Source: Chrysomallon squamiferum
Taxonomy: Eukaryota > Animalia > Mollusca
Length of the DNA stretch: 64,000 bases
NCBI GenBank assembly: GCA_012295275.1
Contig: CM022671.1
Location: 28,706,001 to 28,770,000, forward strand
Direction: 5' to 3'
In this document: piece after piece, positions 33,012-48,567 of the stretch
Layout: every line of letters begins with the position of its first letter
Position numbering within the stretch: position 1 is the first letter of the stretch
Program-made: the position numbers and the translations under genes
The notes under the pieces: model-generated
What the model was told of the DNA's origin: nothing
What the model saw: the letters and a program-made list of their open reading frames with translations, nothing else
The model's database searches: none

Positions 33012-33061
33012 TACATGTAAATATCTGTAAAATGTAGATCTATGACAACATTGTTTTTTTC

Positions 33062-33136
<75 letters not shown>

Positions 33137-34630
33137 TCCCTCTCACACACACACACACACACACACACTAGGCTTTCTCAAAAGGGGAATAACTTCTGAA
33201 TGAATATTTTAAATTGCAGTTACGTATCTTATTCTTAATATTATATGAATAAGAAAAATAATGAGGCTCTGTATGTATTTTTTGAAAGAAAAATATATAT
33301 TGTTTTATCATTATAATAATAATAAATAATAATAAATTAATAAATTAACTAATTAATTAATAAAATAAAGTAAAATAAGACAGGGAAAAAACAAAAGAAC
33401 AAGGGTTAAGTTTTATCTATTACTTTAACAAAATTTTAAACGAAAAAAAAAAAAATCAGACAAAAAAGAAGAAAAAACAAAACAAAATTAATGACTACTA
33501 ATTCTATTTTAAATCACAGATTTGATTTACTTGTAAGGAATTACAAAAATCCAGCACGAATAAATAACAAATTTATTTCTTAAAGTAAAAAAAAAAAAAA
33601 AAAAAAAAAACCTATTCACAGATTTAACAACATTGTTTTTCTTTTCCCGAACTTTGATGACCAAGACATTTCAGAAGACGAAGAAACAATTTACCGAGCA
33701 AGTTCCTTGTAATAAATTGTCAAACCATCAGTTACCAAAAATAAATACGTCTGCTACTTTAACCCGCGTCAAACACTTTAATTCCTTTATTACTACGTAT
33801 TACTACGTCACTTGTCATTAGCAAGGATTAAAGTAAAATATGATAGACACATTAAGATCCGCAGACTCCAAAAGAAAATTTCAGTCAGTTGTTACAATCG
33901 GTTATTCCATCAGAATTGCTCTTTGTTGCTTCCTGAAGTTTAAGAACTGACAGAGCATGAAAGAGGCGCTAACAGTTTGTGTTAATGTTCTCTTAATAAG
34001 ACCTGAATGCTGGTCCTAAACGTGTTCAGATCTGTCCGAGATTTTCGTGAACATTTGTCTTGTTTTCTGAGTTTATGTTTAAGAGATATAGAAAGTTTAG
34101 AAATTGCGACATCCTTCCAAGAAGCTTCTGGTCCTGTTTTTTTTTTTTTGTTGTTATCGTTTGTTTTGTGTTGTTGTTTTGTGGTTTTTTTTTTTTTTGG
34201 GGGTTGACACAGATTAGTAATCATGATATTTTTTTCCGTTTGCTCAGATTTCTGTAGATATGTCCAAATTTTCAAAACAGTTCTTCAAGCAGATTAATAA
34301 CTTTAAAAACGTTATTTTGTTTTTCTGACCATCAGCAAATGTCTGTGTTTTACTCTGTTAAAACATGTTGTTTTTTACCAGCAAAAAACTTCACTGACCA
34401 CAGCCATGTTCACGAAATGTTGAGATTAATAAATGTTGAAGAAAAGATAAATTTAGTTTAGTAAATAAACATTAAAAAAAAAAAATATATAGAAACGTCA
34501 GTCTAGAAAATAAATATATAGATAAAAAATGCATTAATTATAATGCAGCGACTATAGCAGCAGTTAAAAAAAAAAAAAAAATATTTAAATTAAAAAAAAA
34601 AAAAAAAAAACAACAACAACAACACACAAT

Positions 34631-37011
34631 CTACTCAAAATACACCGCATGAACGTTAACGACAACGACGAGGGTTTTATTGCGGTACGTGCAGGTAGCG
34701 AACGAGTCCGTTTCCGGATCCCACACGCATCTGCTCGCTATCCGCGTTCCTTGTCCAAGGTTCTCCATGATGACCACGTGACACACAAGCTTATATCTTG
34801 GGAAATCCATCGCTTTCACGCGAGATTTAATCACGGTAGACAACTCGGTACTCAGATGGCGACACTTTTCCGGGTCATAGCTGACGCTGTCTAACTTGGC
34901 CTCCAGAAGGTGCATCACGCACTTCTCGACTTTTTCACTCAAAAACTTTTTGTCCGGCTTCGTTTTGTACGTGTTTTCAGTTTTAACCGGCACGCGCTTC
35001 TCCTCCTTCTTGGAGCTGTTTCTCTTGGCTATGCGGTGCCAGGCGTGCGTTGCTGCGACGAACTTGAATATCGACATCCCCCTGGTCGTCGTTGCGTGAG
35101 AATTGCTCGAATCGCCGTCGCTTCTGAAGCTGGACAGACGACTTCGTTTTCTGACGAGGGGAGCATGTTCCTTGTTTTGTGCAGGTTCTTTAGAGGGTGC
35201 AGGTTCTTTAGAGGGAGCAGGTTCTGTAGAGGGCTGTTAGAAAAAATATAAATAAATAAATAAATAAATAAAAACTAACTAACTAACTGACAGCTAACTA
35301 ACTAACTAAATAAATAAAACTAACTAACTAACTAACTGACAGCTAACTAACTAACTAAATAAATAAATAAAACTAACTAACTGACAGCTAACTAACTAAC
35401 TAAATAAATAATATTAATAAAGATTATGGATGGTCAGTTCTGGTCGTTACATGATTTCGAGAGATTCTTGTAGTGTACAAGAACTCGATATTTAAACAAA
35501 ACGGTTTATAATAATTAATAAATTATTTTAGCTAGGTTATTATCTGTTTGTTTGTTATTATCCGAGAAGGATTTCAAGTAAATAACACTTTTTTTTGGTA
35601 ATGGAAAAGATTATTTTCGTTATCTCGAAAATTGCCGAAGGCCGCGAGATCAAAATCTTGTAACTATTGATTAGTCACCGTCTATTATTTTTATTTTGTT
35701 GTATGTATGTATGTATGTGTGTACATTTGTTTATTTATGTATTTATAACCCTGTAGATTACCTGGTGTCGTGAGAAAAGGATTTAACATGAACAAAGAAG
35801 AAAAAAAAAAAACATCCTTCAAAATCCTTCAAAATCCTTCATATTTGGTAATGAAATTTATGGAAATAAAATTCCATGGTTAAAAATGAATAAATAAGCA
35901 ACAAAATTTAAACAACAACAAGTACTACACTACCATAAAATAATAAATAAATAAAATAATTAAAATAAAAAATTCTGATTAAAAAAATTATACATGTATT
36001 TATATATTTACGATGCAGTGAACAACAGTATTGTCTTTACACGTTTAGGTAACATACTGCATACATATTTATTTATCTTAATTAAAAACAGAAACAACTG
36101 AACTAGCTAATTATGTGTGAAATACCAGATATTTACTAGCCATTAAAACAGACTTAAATATACATACATATATATCCCACAGAAAATAAATAAACATAAA
36201 CGTATACAAACCCAATACAAACAGCTATTCAAACACACATACAAACATACAATATATACATAAACAAACACGTGCGTGCCCGCACGCACGCCCACACACA
36301 CATACACACACCAACGTACATACATGGACTCATACAAGTATACGTACACAAATACACACAATACACAAACTAAAGTAAAAAATCGGTGTAGAAAACAACA
36401 AATTTTAAAAGTATCTTACCTTCAAATAAGCCATGTCGTGATAAAATAACAAGTTTACCTGCCTGCCGAAAGTGTATCGTTTGAATCTCGCATTTTCTTT
36501 TATTATTAATTTCAAGTCCACTTGAAATGAACGTAGAGCATGCCCGAGTTTAGTGCACACTGCATTACTGAAGCAGTCTTTGTTCATTAACACAGAGTGA
36601 CAGTTTTATTGTGCGACAAATCCCTTCTCTTTAATACGTTATTGTTTGGCGTTTTTTTTTGCCCCTATGTTTTTAACCAGTTCGGTTGAAGCTTTACACG
36701 AGAATGCATATATAATTGTGTATGTTTTGAACGTCAAAGTTAGGTAAAATTTAAAAAAAATAAAATTAAAAAAAATATTCAAAGGTAATACAAAATCGAT
36801 TTTTATAATGTTCTAATTTATTTCTTTTCTAGACCTATACATACATAAACACATAGGTTCATGTATAAATACATACATACATACATATATATATATATAG
36901 TTGTCTATGTACGTACATATATAAATATATACATATATATGTAAATACAAAGCTACATACATACATTCACAAATACAGGGGACATAAAGATACATATCTG
37001 TTAATATATGT

Positions 37012-37064
<53 letters not shown>

Positions 37065-37243
37065 AGATATGCCATAATCCAGTAAAGAACTCTGATTTAC
37101 GTGTTGCTGGTAATAAAAGGAAAAAACACCTCTTTTTCGTGTTTGTTCGACGTCATGGTTGTTGGCAGCGGCGCCTTCAAGGTAGGATGAATGTTGTCGT
37201 GTTGATGCAGTGCGTGCATCGTCAGTTTGTCCGTCGTCTCCAT
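34631..37243 (-). CDS. Tctex1 domain-containing dynein light chain (TCTEX1D1/DYNLT5-like)
   Basis: Terminal exon 35233-34631 (acceptor ttttctaacag, phase 0) encodes [18 protein letters not shown]...ENTYKTKP...[82 protein letters not shown]. Phase-0 upstream exon candidates are 37243-37130 ([16 protein letters not shown]...HEKE) and 36434-36420 (MAYLK). The 5' structure is uncertain; the Tctex1 domain is confident. Confidence 0.85.
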
Positions 37244-37396
37244 CCTTGATGTTCAAAATCGAATCAGAATAATTTTTAACATCAGTCTGGCAATAAAGAT
37301 ATAAAAATTTAATTAAATAAATATAGGACGGTTTGTGTATGTGTTTGTCAGTATATATGTAGATGGATAGATAGATAGAAAGATAGATAGACAAAG

Positions 37397-37505
<109 letters not shown>

Positions 37506-37799
37506 TATAGATAGATAGATAGAGTCATAGATTTGAGTTATGCGAACCTCATGCACATTTTATAGAAAATTTCAAATCTTCAAATCGCCAATGAATAATA
37601 AAAAGTGTTTATAAATTAAGAAAGCATGTAGGTAAATATTACTGCTACTACTGCTACTATTACTACTACTACTACCACTAGTACTACTACTAATAATAAT
37701 AAGAATCATAATAAATTTTGAATAAATATGTGTAAAGCATTATCTAATTCTGAGGACACTTAGATTATTAGATCGATACTACTCAGTACATTCTTTTGG

Positions 37800-37925
37800 T
37801 TGTTACTCATTCCAACCAGTGCCTCATACGGGATTATAAAAGTCACCTCTGGGAAGGTATATATAAATTACAATTTACCGCTAATCAATATGAGTAGCCT
37901 TTGAGGTGACGTTAATTTTTTTTTT
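37800..37925 (+). mobile_element. Degenerate SINE fragment
   Basis: ttccaaccagtgcctc...tgggaaggtatatataaa...gctaatcaatatgagtagccttt is colinear with the revcomp of 7900-8030. Confidence 0.5.
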
Positions 37926-39563
37926 CTCTCTCTCTCTTTCTTTTTCTAATCTGTCGTCAGGTTTTTTTGTTTGTTTGTTTGTTTGTTCATTGTTTTGTTT
38001 TTTGAGTAAAAAAAAAAATTAAAAAAGAAAATAGAAAAGTAACACTTTGGAGATTTAAAAACCCATTAATAACACTGAAAAATATCATTCGACGAATAAA
38101 GAACTGATTTATTTCTAAAGTAAATGTATTAAATTTCTTTTGCAAATACAGATTTGTTAGTTCTTTCTTCTTTTTTTTTTTTCTTTTTCTTTTTATATTT
38201 TTTTAATAATAAAAAAAAGTTTATTAATGTTTTATTTCATAATACTTTTTATATATATATAAATATCCTTAAAATTTATCAATATAAATTTTCTTGGTCT
38301 TTTGTGTACAATCATATTATAATTTATTTGAAATTTAATGATTAAGTGGCGAATGGTAAACAAAATTTAAATTAGCTATTTCAGCTTCTAACAGCAAAAT
38401 GGAATATTCATCCCGTAGAATGTAAGAGTGTTGTGTCGTTATTGGAAACCATTAACTGACTCATCGGAATAAGATAGTCACATACTTTATCTACAGTTTG
38501 ATTCTCTTCAAAACGTATAACCTCACATTTTTATTATTATTATTATTTTATTTTATTTTTTTTTTTATTTTTTTTTTTTTCAATTAATTTTTCAATCCGT
38601 AAATCTCAGGCTTTGTTAATGAATTAAAATAGAATATAACCCATTTAGATTATATGTATTTAGATTATATGTATTTAGGGGTTTTTAAAAAAAAAAAAAA
38701 AATTATTTTATGTTTATTTTACAGTTTGACTTAAATAATCGAAAATTATAAATGTATCATTTCAGAAGAGTTTCTGGTTCGAAAAACTGATAAAATTTAT
38801 TACAATAAAATAAAGAAAATGGAGTCAAAAGAAACACTAATTCTAGTTAAATAAAATCACTGAAAACAAAACACGCAGACAGATATACGTACATACATAC
38901 ACACACACACCCACCCATCATACATATATACATACATAAACATACACATAAGTACTTTCATAAACACACACATACACATTTACACACACAAACATACATT
39001 CATCCGTTGATTATTATGTACAAAGAAACATAAAGATATATAAAATTAAAATTATGTTATTTTCAGATATATCTTTTGATCACGCCATAACATACTTAAA
39101 ATCCACTTGTACAGTAGAACAAATTCTCCTGTTTCAAATGTACTTAAGTTGATGACGCGAACAAACATTAACCACTGATCTTTTTGATATCCCACTCATC
39201 TCGTAACTAGTATTTAGACACTATCAGGATTATGTTTTTCTAAGTTCATATGCATACTTTTTATTTTTTTTATTTTTCTTTAAAAAAAAAAAAAAAAAAA
39301 TGACATACAGCGCCAGATAACCATAAAACGCATGCATTTTTAATTTTAAATTATTTCTTAATCACACGACACGAGAATTTTCGCAAATATTATAACGTAA
39401 TAAAATGTTTAGGATTTATGAATGTATAATGTAATGAATAGTTAATTCAGATTATATGGTATGAGCAAATCTTTAGTATATTTTACCGTTATAATAATAC
39501 ATGGAATCATGTTTAAAATTTAGATTCAAATGTAATTGTTGATTTAGATTATGCTGAAGGACA

Positions 39564-39594
<31 letters not shown>

Positions 39595-39681
39595 TGTATT
39601 TATAAATAGTGTCATTAGTATATTTCATCAGATCCAGTAGAAAACGCGAATAGGCAAAACCCTAAGCGCTAATTGCTATTG

Positions 39682-39722
<41 letters not shown>

Positions 39723-40274
39723 TAAAAACCAACCAAAAAAACCTTAAAAAACAACAACAAAAAACAAAAACAGTAACAAGAAGAAATGAACCAATTTTAG
39801 CAAGATGTAAACTGGACTTCAAGATTTAGAGTTGACTCGACATTCTGTGTGTGTATTTGCAGATATATACTTCTGTACGTGTATAATAAGTGTTAAAAAA
39901 ACAACAACAAACAACTGAAGGTATTAATCATTTCATAGCTTCCTGTTTGATTAAAAAGTCTTCCATATCAGAAAGCACGATCTATTCAGCTGAGTTTTTA
40001 CACGTATTTAAACTCGCACATTCATCTGCTCGAACGACACGTTACAGGTGTGAGATAGAATGAGAGCGAGCGCGAGCTGCATTGTTGCACACAAATGACA
40101 ACACTCAGTGCTTTCTTGCGAGTGCTAGTTTACAGCAGGTATATTCATCCTGCTTATTACAGGTCAGGCCGGTATTATTTACATAGGTAAACATGCATAA
40201 AATCAACAGTTGAAGTTTTGTCCACTTTTAAAATAAACCACTCGGGTTTTTAATCAGGCATCAGTTCATCACGT

Positions 40275-40910
40275 AATAATTGTTGGGTTTAGGATTTAAT
40301 GCCCGATGGAATCGTTATAACATGTCATACTGTATGAACAAGCCTTTAGTATATTTCATCGTAATATTATTTATTATGATAATAACAGTGATTAGAATTT
40401 AATCCAAATGGAATCGTTAACTTATATCATACTGCATGAACAATCCTTTAGTATATCTCAGGATTATAATAATAATTGTGTTTAGAATTTTATCCCAAAT
40501 GGAATCGTAAATTCAGATTTCACTATAGGAAGAAACCTTTAGTGTAATTCACCTTTATAATAACAGTAATGTTTAGGATTTGATCCCAGATGAAATCTTT
40601 AATTCAGATTATTCTGCATGTAGAAACGTTTAGTGTATTTCATCATTATAATTAACAGTTATGTTTAGAATTTGGCCCCAGATGGAATCGTTAATATAAT
40701 TATACTGTATGAAGAAACCTTTAGTGTATTTTACCATTACAATAACAGTTATGTTTAGAATTTAATCGCAAGTGAAATCGTTAATTCAGATTATACAGTA
40801 TGAAGAAACCTTTGGCATATTTCACCGTTACAGTAACAACAGTTATTTTTAGAATTTTGTCCCGAATGGAATCGTTAATTCAGATTATGCCGTGTGAAGA
40901 AACCTTTGGC
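40275..40910. repeat. ~91 bp minisatellite, about 7 copies, with older degenerate copies at ~39405-39630
   Basis: Unit gatggaatcgttaattcagattatactgtatgaagaaacctttagtgtatttcacc...aataacagttatgtttagaattt recurs at ~40305, 40407, 40498, 40589, 40681, 40771 and 40864. Confidence 0.9.
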
Positions 40911-41129
40911 AGCTTTGTTAAAGCTTTTATTCCTATCACGAGCTGGGCGTGAATATCAGATAGAAGAGTTACGTCACTCGAGTAAACAGTGTAATGTAGA
41001 TTTAATATTTACTTTGTACCTTCAAATGTTGTATTTTAATAACTTTCTCGTGTTCTCCAATGTAGATATTTAAAAAAAAAAAAGAATTCATGACGATCGA
41101 AAGGATAACAACGCTGACGATGATAGCGG

Positions 41130-42304
<1,175 letters not shown>

Positions 42305-42735
42305 CAAAAGAAAGAGTTTTCTATTGTCACAAATGGTTTAACATAATCCATTACATTAGAAATATCTTACACACAAAGAGTACGAAGTAATTACATCCCA
42401 GCTACAAAGCGAAAGCTAGGTATAATAAATCGATATATGAAAAAAAACAAAAAAACAACAACACGTAGTTTTTTAGTGAGTTTCTCCCACAGTTGGCAAT
42501 AACAGTCTAATCATTTATAGTCGATATCCGTCTCTTTTTTTATTTCTTCTCTCTACGGATGTGATAACTACTTTGTTAATTGTCAATTCCACGAAAAGCG
42601 CGCCATTTTGTTTAAACTTGTTTCGCGCCGAATAAGTGTGATATCGAATTACCGAAGGAAAAAAAAATATATATCACGGTTATATATCCCAAGTTTGTCA
42701 GTGGTTTATAATTTTCTTTAAACTGCACTAAGTGG

Positions 42736-42791
<56 letters not shown>

Positions 42792-43089
42792 TATTTTAAT
42801 TTATGTTATGTTGTTTTATTTTGATTTTATTTTAATTGTGCGATGTACTTAACTCAAAATCACGTTTGTCTAAGAAAGCAAATGTAAAAGATGTCTTGCT
42901 GTTGATGAAAAATAAGAGAATAACTTATCTGGAATCGAAGAGTTAAGTAATTAATTTCTTTTATCTTTTGATGAAATATTCTGGAATTTAAAATTACTCG
43001 TAAATGTAGGACGAAAAAGAATTCTTGCTGTAAGTAAAAAGAGTATCATGTATTATCAGATTTGAGTTTAAAACAAAGAGGTTTATAGC

Positions 43090-43630
43090 TGTTTTACAAT
43101 GATGAAGCAGAGCTGAATTAAACACTCGGAATAAATTAAATCTTGAGCAAGACAAAAGCATAACACATGCTGTAGAATAATAATTCAAAGTAACGTAGTT
43201 ATTTACAGAACCGACAACTGAATAAAAGATGTTGATGATTATAATGTTTTAACAATAATGCAGGATTTAAAAATAATTGTTGCTGCAAGATAAAAGTATA
43301 ACCCATGTTGTACGCTTAATTATTTATAAATAATTTATCCGTTTGCAGAAATTATAACTGAATGAAAGATGTTGATGATCGTAATATTATTACAATAATG
43401 TCGGATACAAAATAATTCTTGTTTTAGACTAAAAACATAACACATGTTGTACGCTTAATTTTCAGAAATGATAATTGAATGAAAAGGAATAACTATAGTA
43501 ATATTAATGTTGTAATATCACATAATTATTTAACGTTTATTTATCAGTTAAAGAAGTCTGTGGACAGCAATATTATAACAATAACCGTTGAATGTAAAAA
43601 AAAACTCATGTTGCAGACTAAAAGCATTCG
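43090..43630. repeat. Degenerate ~120-140 bp tandem repeat, about 3-4 copies
   Basis: cagaa...aactgaat.aaagatgttgatgat...acaataatg...taa.ccatgttgtacgcttaatt recurs at ~43205 and ~43345, with partial copies on both sides. Confidence 0.75.
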
Positions 43631-44472
43631 TTATGTCATAAACAATTTAATACAAACACAAGCAATTATCTATCTTTTGATACTAATTTTAAAAATGCCC
43701 GAGCAGGTTCTGCTAGTGTGAAAAAAGAAATCTTGCAGCACGTTAAAAGTAAAATATTTGCGCGCAGACAAAAGTCATATATCTGAAATTAAAAGAACCC
43801 TTGCTGCGTAGCAAAAGGTTAATTATGTTTTACAATTACAGTCGTCTTGACAGGGTGCAATTCGGATAAATAGCTACAAGGTTAATTTCAGGGTTGTTTT
43901 GTGGGTTTTTTTGGGGGGGTGTCTTCTTTTGTTGTTGTTCTTGTTGTTTTTTGTATTTTCTTATTAAAGTCTTCAGCGAAAAAAAAAAATGAAATCTGTG
44001 AGAACCAATATAAAACGAAACGAAAGAAAAAAAAGAAGAAAAAATTAAAGACAGAAGAAAAGAAAAGAGAATTTAAAGAAAAGAAACATGTTTAAACATG
44101 TAAATAGTAGGATATTTATCAAAATTAAACAAGTAAAAATAAAAATAAATAAATAAATAACAACTACAACAATAATAATGTTAATAAACAATACAAAACA
44201 ATAAAATAATTTAAAAAAAAATTATTATATAAAAACAAAAATAAATTTTAAAAAGTATAAATCTCGGTATTTATTTATTTGTTTGTTTGTTTGCTTGCTT
44301 TTTTTTTATTTGTCTGTGTGTTTTTCTTTCTTTTCGTTCTTTATTGCTTATACAATCAAAATTAGACTTAGAAAATCTTCACTAATACTCGATATATATA
44401 AGAAGATTAGAAAAACAGAAGCAGATGGTAACGACAAACACGGGGAGGCATGCAGTCAGAAATTTACACACA

Positions 44473-44504
<32 letters not shown>

Positions 44505-45422
44505 TACATACATACATACACATATATATATATAAAAGGAAGACATTAAGGGCGACAGTCGGACATAGAAACAGACAGACAGCCAAAACAATTTGAAGGA
44601 AGCAATCAACACAAATACACAAAGAAGAAATGGATTTCTCATAAACATTTCCTGTAAATATCATTACTAATAGATTACATTACAAAACCTCAGTGAAGTA
44701 TTAAAATGCCTACAAGCCAGGTAGATTTTGTAACTTTACAACGTACTTAAACGAACACTTTTACATGTAATGAGGCTGTTTCAAAGATACTTCAGCGTAT
44801 TTGTCAACAACATAACTACGACAGCGTTCTGGGACATTATTAACTAATACTAGGATCGGTTTGATTATTTTGTTATTGACGTTGTTGGAAGTGATAATGC
44901 TGTAGTTTTCATGAGCTTGTTTATGTGTAAGAATACATAAAATGTGTAAATATTACTTAGCTTGATTATATACTTACTTGTTTCAACAAATTCGTATTCC
45001 GAAATGATGCGTACGTATATTTATGTATGTTTATATGAATGTTTGTATATATGTATATAAGTATGTAATTATTATGTGTGTGTGAATGTATGTAGGTGTG
45101 TATGTATGTGTATGTGTGTGTGTGTTTCTATGTTATATTATATTATATGTTATATTATATTATATTATATTATATTATTTTATATTATATTATATTATAT
45201 TATATTATATTATATTATATTATATTATATTAACAACTAACACTTTCACTCATTTCTACTCTAGAGAACGCTGCGTTTATTATCTGGAAACTTTATATCT
45301 CAACCATTAATTGTCAATTTACCTAATTTGTAACGACTGACCAGTCTTATCACTGGCTTGACCCTTCGATGACCCTTGGACCACTCTCGAAATTACGAAG
45401 CTCACACATACACCCACCCCCC

Positions 45423-45464
<42 letters not shown>

Positions 45465-46330
45465 TATACATATACACACATGTATATGTATATGTATATG
45501 ATGTATGAATTTCAAGTTGCAAGCAAATACACGAAATGAAAAAGAAAAATATGACCAGTAAAGACAGCAATCTCAATGTCTTTCCCATTAGTAATGATCA
45601 TAGAAATCTTTCCCAATCTTCTGTCTATCAGCCTATCTGTCCACTGTTATAACCAGGAAGGCCAAATGAACTAAATACCCAAACTGCTCAATCTGCCGAT
45701 CCCCAGCTCCACGAAGCACCAATGGCCACTGTCCGCGAATTCGCCAAACTCAAGAAACTCCCAGAAATCTTCATCCTTTGTTTTTACCGAAATCTGAATG
45801 TTCGTTTGTAGCGGTCTGATAACTGTTTTTCAGGAAAGCTGTTTATTATTCATCATCACAGTTAGTAAACTACATATACGTCTTTCGCAATTGATTTATT
45901 CATTACCGCGTTAAATTGTGCGTTGCACTGATTTGACTAATGTTACTCGTGACCGTAATAAATAACAAACATCATGTATTGTAAACTGAACACAGGTAAC
46001 CATGTAGACTGCAGTGAAGTGTAGTTTTGTCGTGATACGTCTGACGTTTATTAAGAAATATTTGCATACACTGAGAATCGGTTTTATGTAAAATATTTGT
46101 CGTATGTGTGCCTTAATGTGCATTTGTGACTTGTATAATCTTTTTGTGTTTGTATTGATCTGTCTATCTATCTCTCTATCTATCTGTCTGTCTGTCTGTC
46201 TGGTTTCTCTCTCTCTCTCCCTTTCTCCCTCCCTCTCTCTCTCCCTCTCCCTCCCTCCCTCCCTCCCTCCCTCCCTCCCTCTCTCTCTCCCTCTCCCTCC
46301 CTCCCTCCCTCCCTCCCTCCCTCCCTCCCT

Positions 46331-46448
<118 letters not shown>

Positions 46449-46890
46449 ATCTCTCTCTCTCTCCGCATTCCAAGAAGACTAATAAAAAAACCAGTCTTAA
46501 TTATTTATCTGAATACTACAGTTATCAAAGCCTGTTCATTTACAGAAACAGCGTTGCCATGGATCATTGTTTTTCTCACTCTCGTTTATCAGTGTATTGT
46601 ATTGCATCTGTCATTTCATATCTCAAGTACTGTAATGTATTGTACTGTATTCAAAACACTGCTTTGAAAACTATACTGTATAACACAGTGTTGTACGTAT
46701 TATATTGGATTGTATCATATTGTACTGCATTATATTTTACTGTATCATATTGTATCGTATTATATTGTACATATTTTATTACATTTGAAATATACAGTGT
46801 TATTTATAATAATTTTATAAACTGATTATTATGATATAAAAGATAATAATAATGATAAACATGACGATGATGACGATGATAATGGTAACA

Positions 46891-46923
<33 letters not shown>

Positions 46924-47039
46924 GTTAATTTTCATAATAATAAATATAATGATAATGATGATGATGATGGTAATAATAATAACAACAAATAGCAACAACT
47001 ACGACAACAATGACAACAACAAGAATAACAAACACTTAC

Positions 47040-47620
47040 CTTTAATCACCGATCTTTCTCTCAGCTGTAATGCTATATACGACAACCACAAACTGCAAGT
47101 ATCGATGTCTGACGCCAAACTCTTGTGATAAAAATAACAAAACCGGGGGACACTAGAAATACCGCGGTTTATCTCGACGTCCGCCGATACGACAAAGCGT
47201 CACAAGTGACAGACAAACCAAGCAAAGCCATCTAATCGCGAAAACAAGAGATACGACCGACCCGTGTTAACATTGGTTTCCTTTACCTTCTGACCAAATG
47301 AAACCGTGATGTCGAAGATGTAGCAGAACAGAGGGTAAGTATTACAGAGGAGAGAGGGGGGGGTGGGAAGGCTGGGACATGATTTAAGAATCGTTGAAAA
47401 TATGTTTTTTAAAGGCGCTCTGACGCCCAAGGCACATTCGGACGGAAACTATTTAGTGAAGCAGATAAACTGCGACAAAGGGTTTTCTGAAAGTGTATTA
47501 ATTTCGCGATCCATTAACGAACGAAAAGGAACAAGTCCTGCTGTTTCGAGGGTTGAAGCTCTGGCGGTGCTACGAGCGTCTGTTGCTTGGCAACGGCAGC
47601 GTTTGAGAAACACCGTGACC
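47040..47620. promoter_or_regulatory. CpG-rich putative promoter/first-exon region with RFX X-box GTTGCTTGGCAAC (47582-47594)
   Basis: Local CpG enrichment, palindromic X-box, minus-strand donor AAG/GTAAGTG at 47040/47039, plus-strand donor-like GG/GTAAGT at ~47335. Confidence 0.4.
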
Positions 47621-47808
47621 TTGACTTCTTAAAATTAATACAGGTGTTCTAATTAGATGTCACATTTTGAAACTCTCTGTCTAAGTCTGTTGATTTAAGA
47701 TTTTAAAACTCTCTGTCTGTCTGTCACATAAACCCTACTCAGGCTTTTTCTTGTTTTTTCCCATTCCAGGCAGTGCTCCGTAAGAGATTAACAAAGCTTT
47801 GGCAATTA

Positions 47809-47873
<65 letters not shown>

Positions 47874-48504
47874 TATTATTATTATCGTAATGATGACAAT
47901 AATAATAATAATAATCTATCATCATCATCATCATCATCATCAGTGTTATCATGGTCTTTATTATCACCGTCGTCATCATCATTATTATTTTTTAAAAAGC
48001 TAGAATCTTTATACATTATAAATACATGTGAATTAATTCTCTACATTTCACGAACCTGCAGCTGCTTGACAGAAGCTATAACCGAAATTATAATAATATA
48101 GATTACATAAATGGAGTGCCTTGATTTTGACCTTTTTTTCTTCATTTTTCTGGCAACAGCCCATCAAGATACGAACAACAAAGGAACAAAAAGTAATAAA
48201 CATACAATATAAAATAAATAAATAAAAGCTCTGATATAATTAGCAGCTATAAACTCTGCAACAAAGCCTACCTTTAATTTATTTTTTTTTTTTTTTTTTT
48301 TTTTTTTTTCTTTTTTTTCAAACGTAACATTAGCATTATTTATGCATTGTGAGAAAGAAGAACTTCAAACACTCTGTTATAGTTAGTTCTAAACACGACA
48401 CGTTAGAAGTGTCTGTTTTAAAATTAAAACTGGAAAGTCATTTGTATCATGCTTTGTGTCTCAAAGCAGAGGTAAATCGATAGAATTAAATGATTATATT
48501 AATG

Positions 48505-48532
48505 TTAAAACAACAACAACAACAGCTTCTAT

Positions 48533-48567
<35 letters not shown>

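Noticed and set aside
34649-35251. Plus-strand ORFs overlapping the Tctex1 exon
   Set aside because: Antisense shadows of a GC-rich coding exon.
35445-35665. Possible MITE with gttacatgattt / aaatcttgtaac termini
   Set aside because: Inverted match too short and degenerate; no clear target-site duplication.
40275-40910. Possible CRISPR-like array
   Set aside because: Whole units are homologous with no unique spacers, the context is eukaryotic and there are no cas genes.
45600-45800. GC-richer patch as a possible coding exon
   Set aside because: No recognisable protein motif or convincing splice-site pair in the frames I read.
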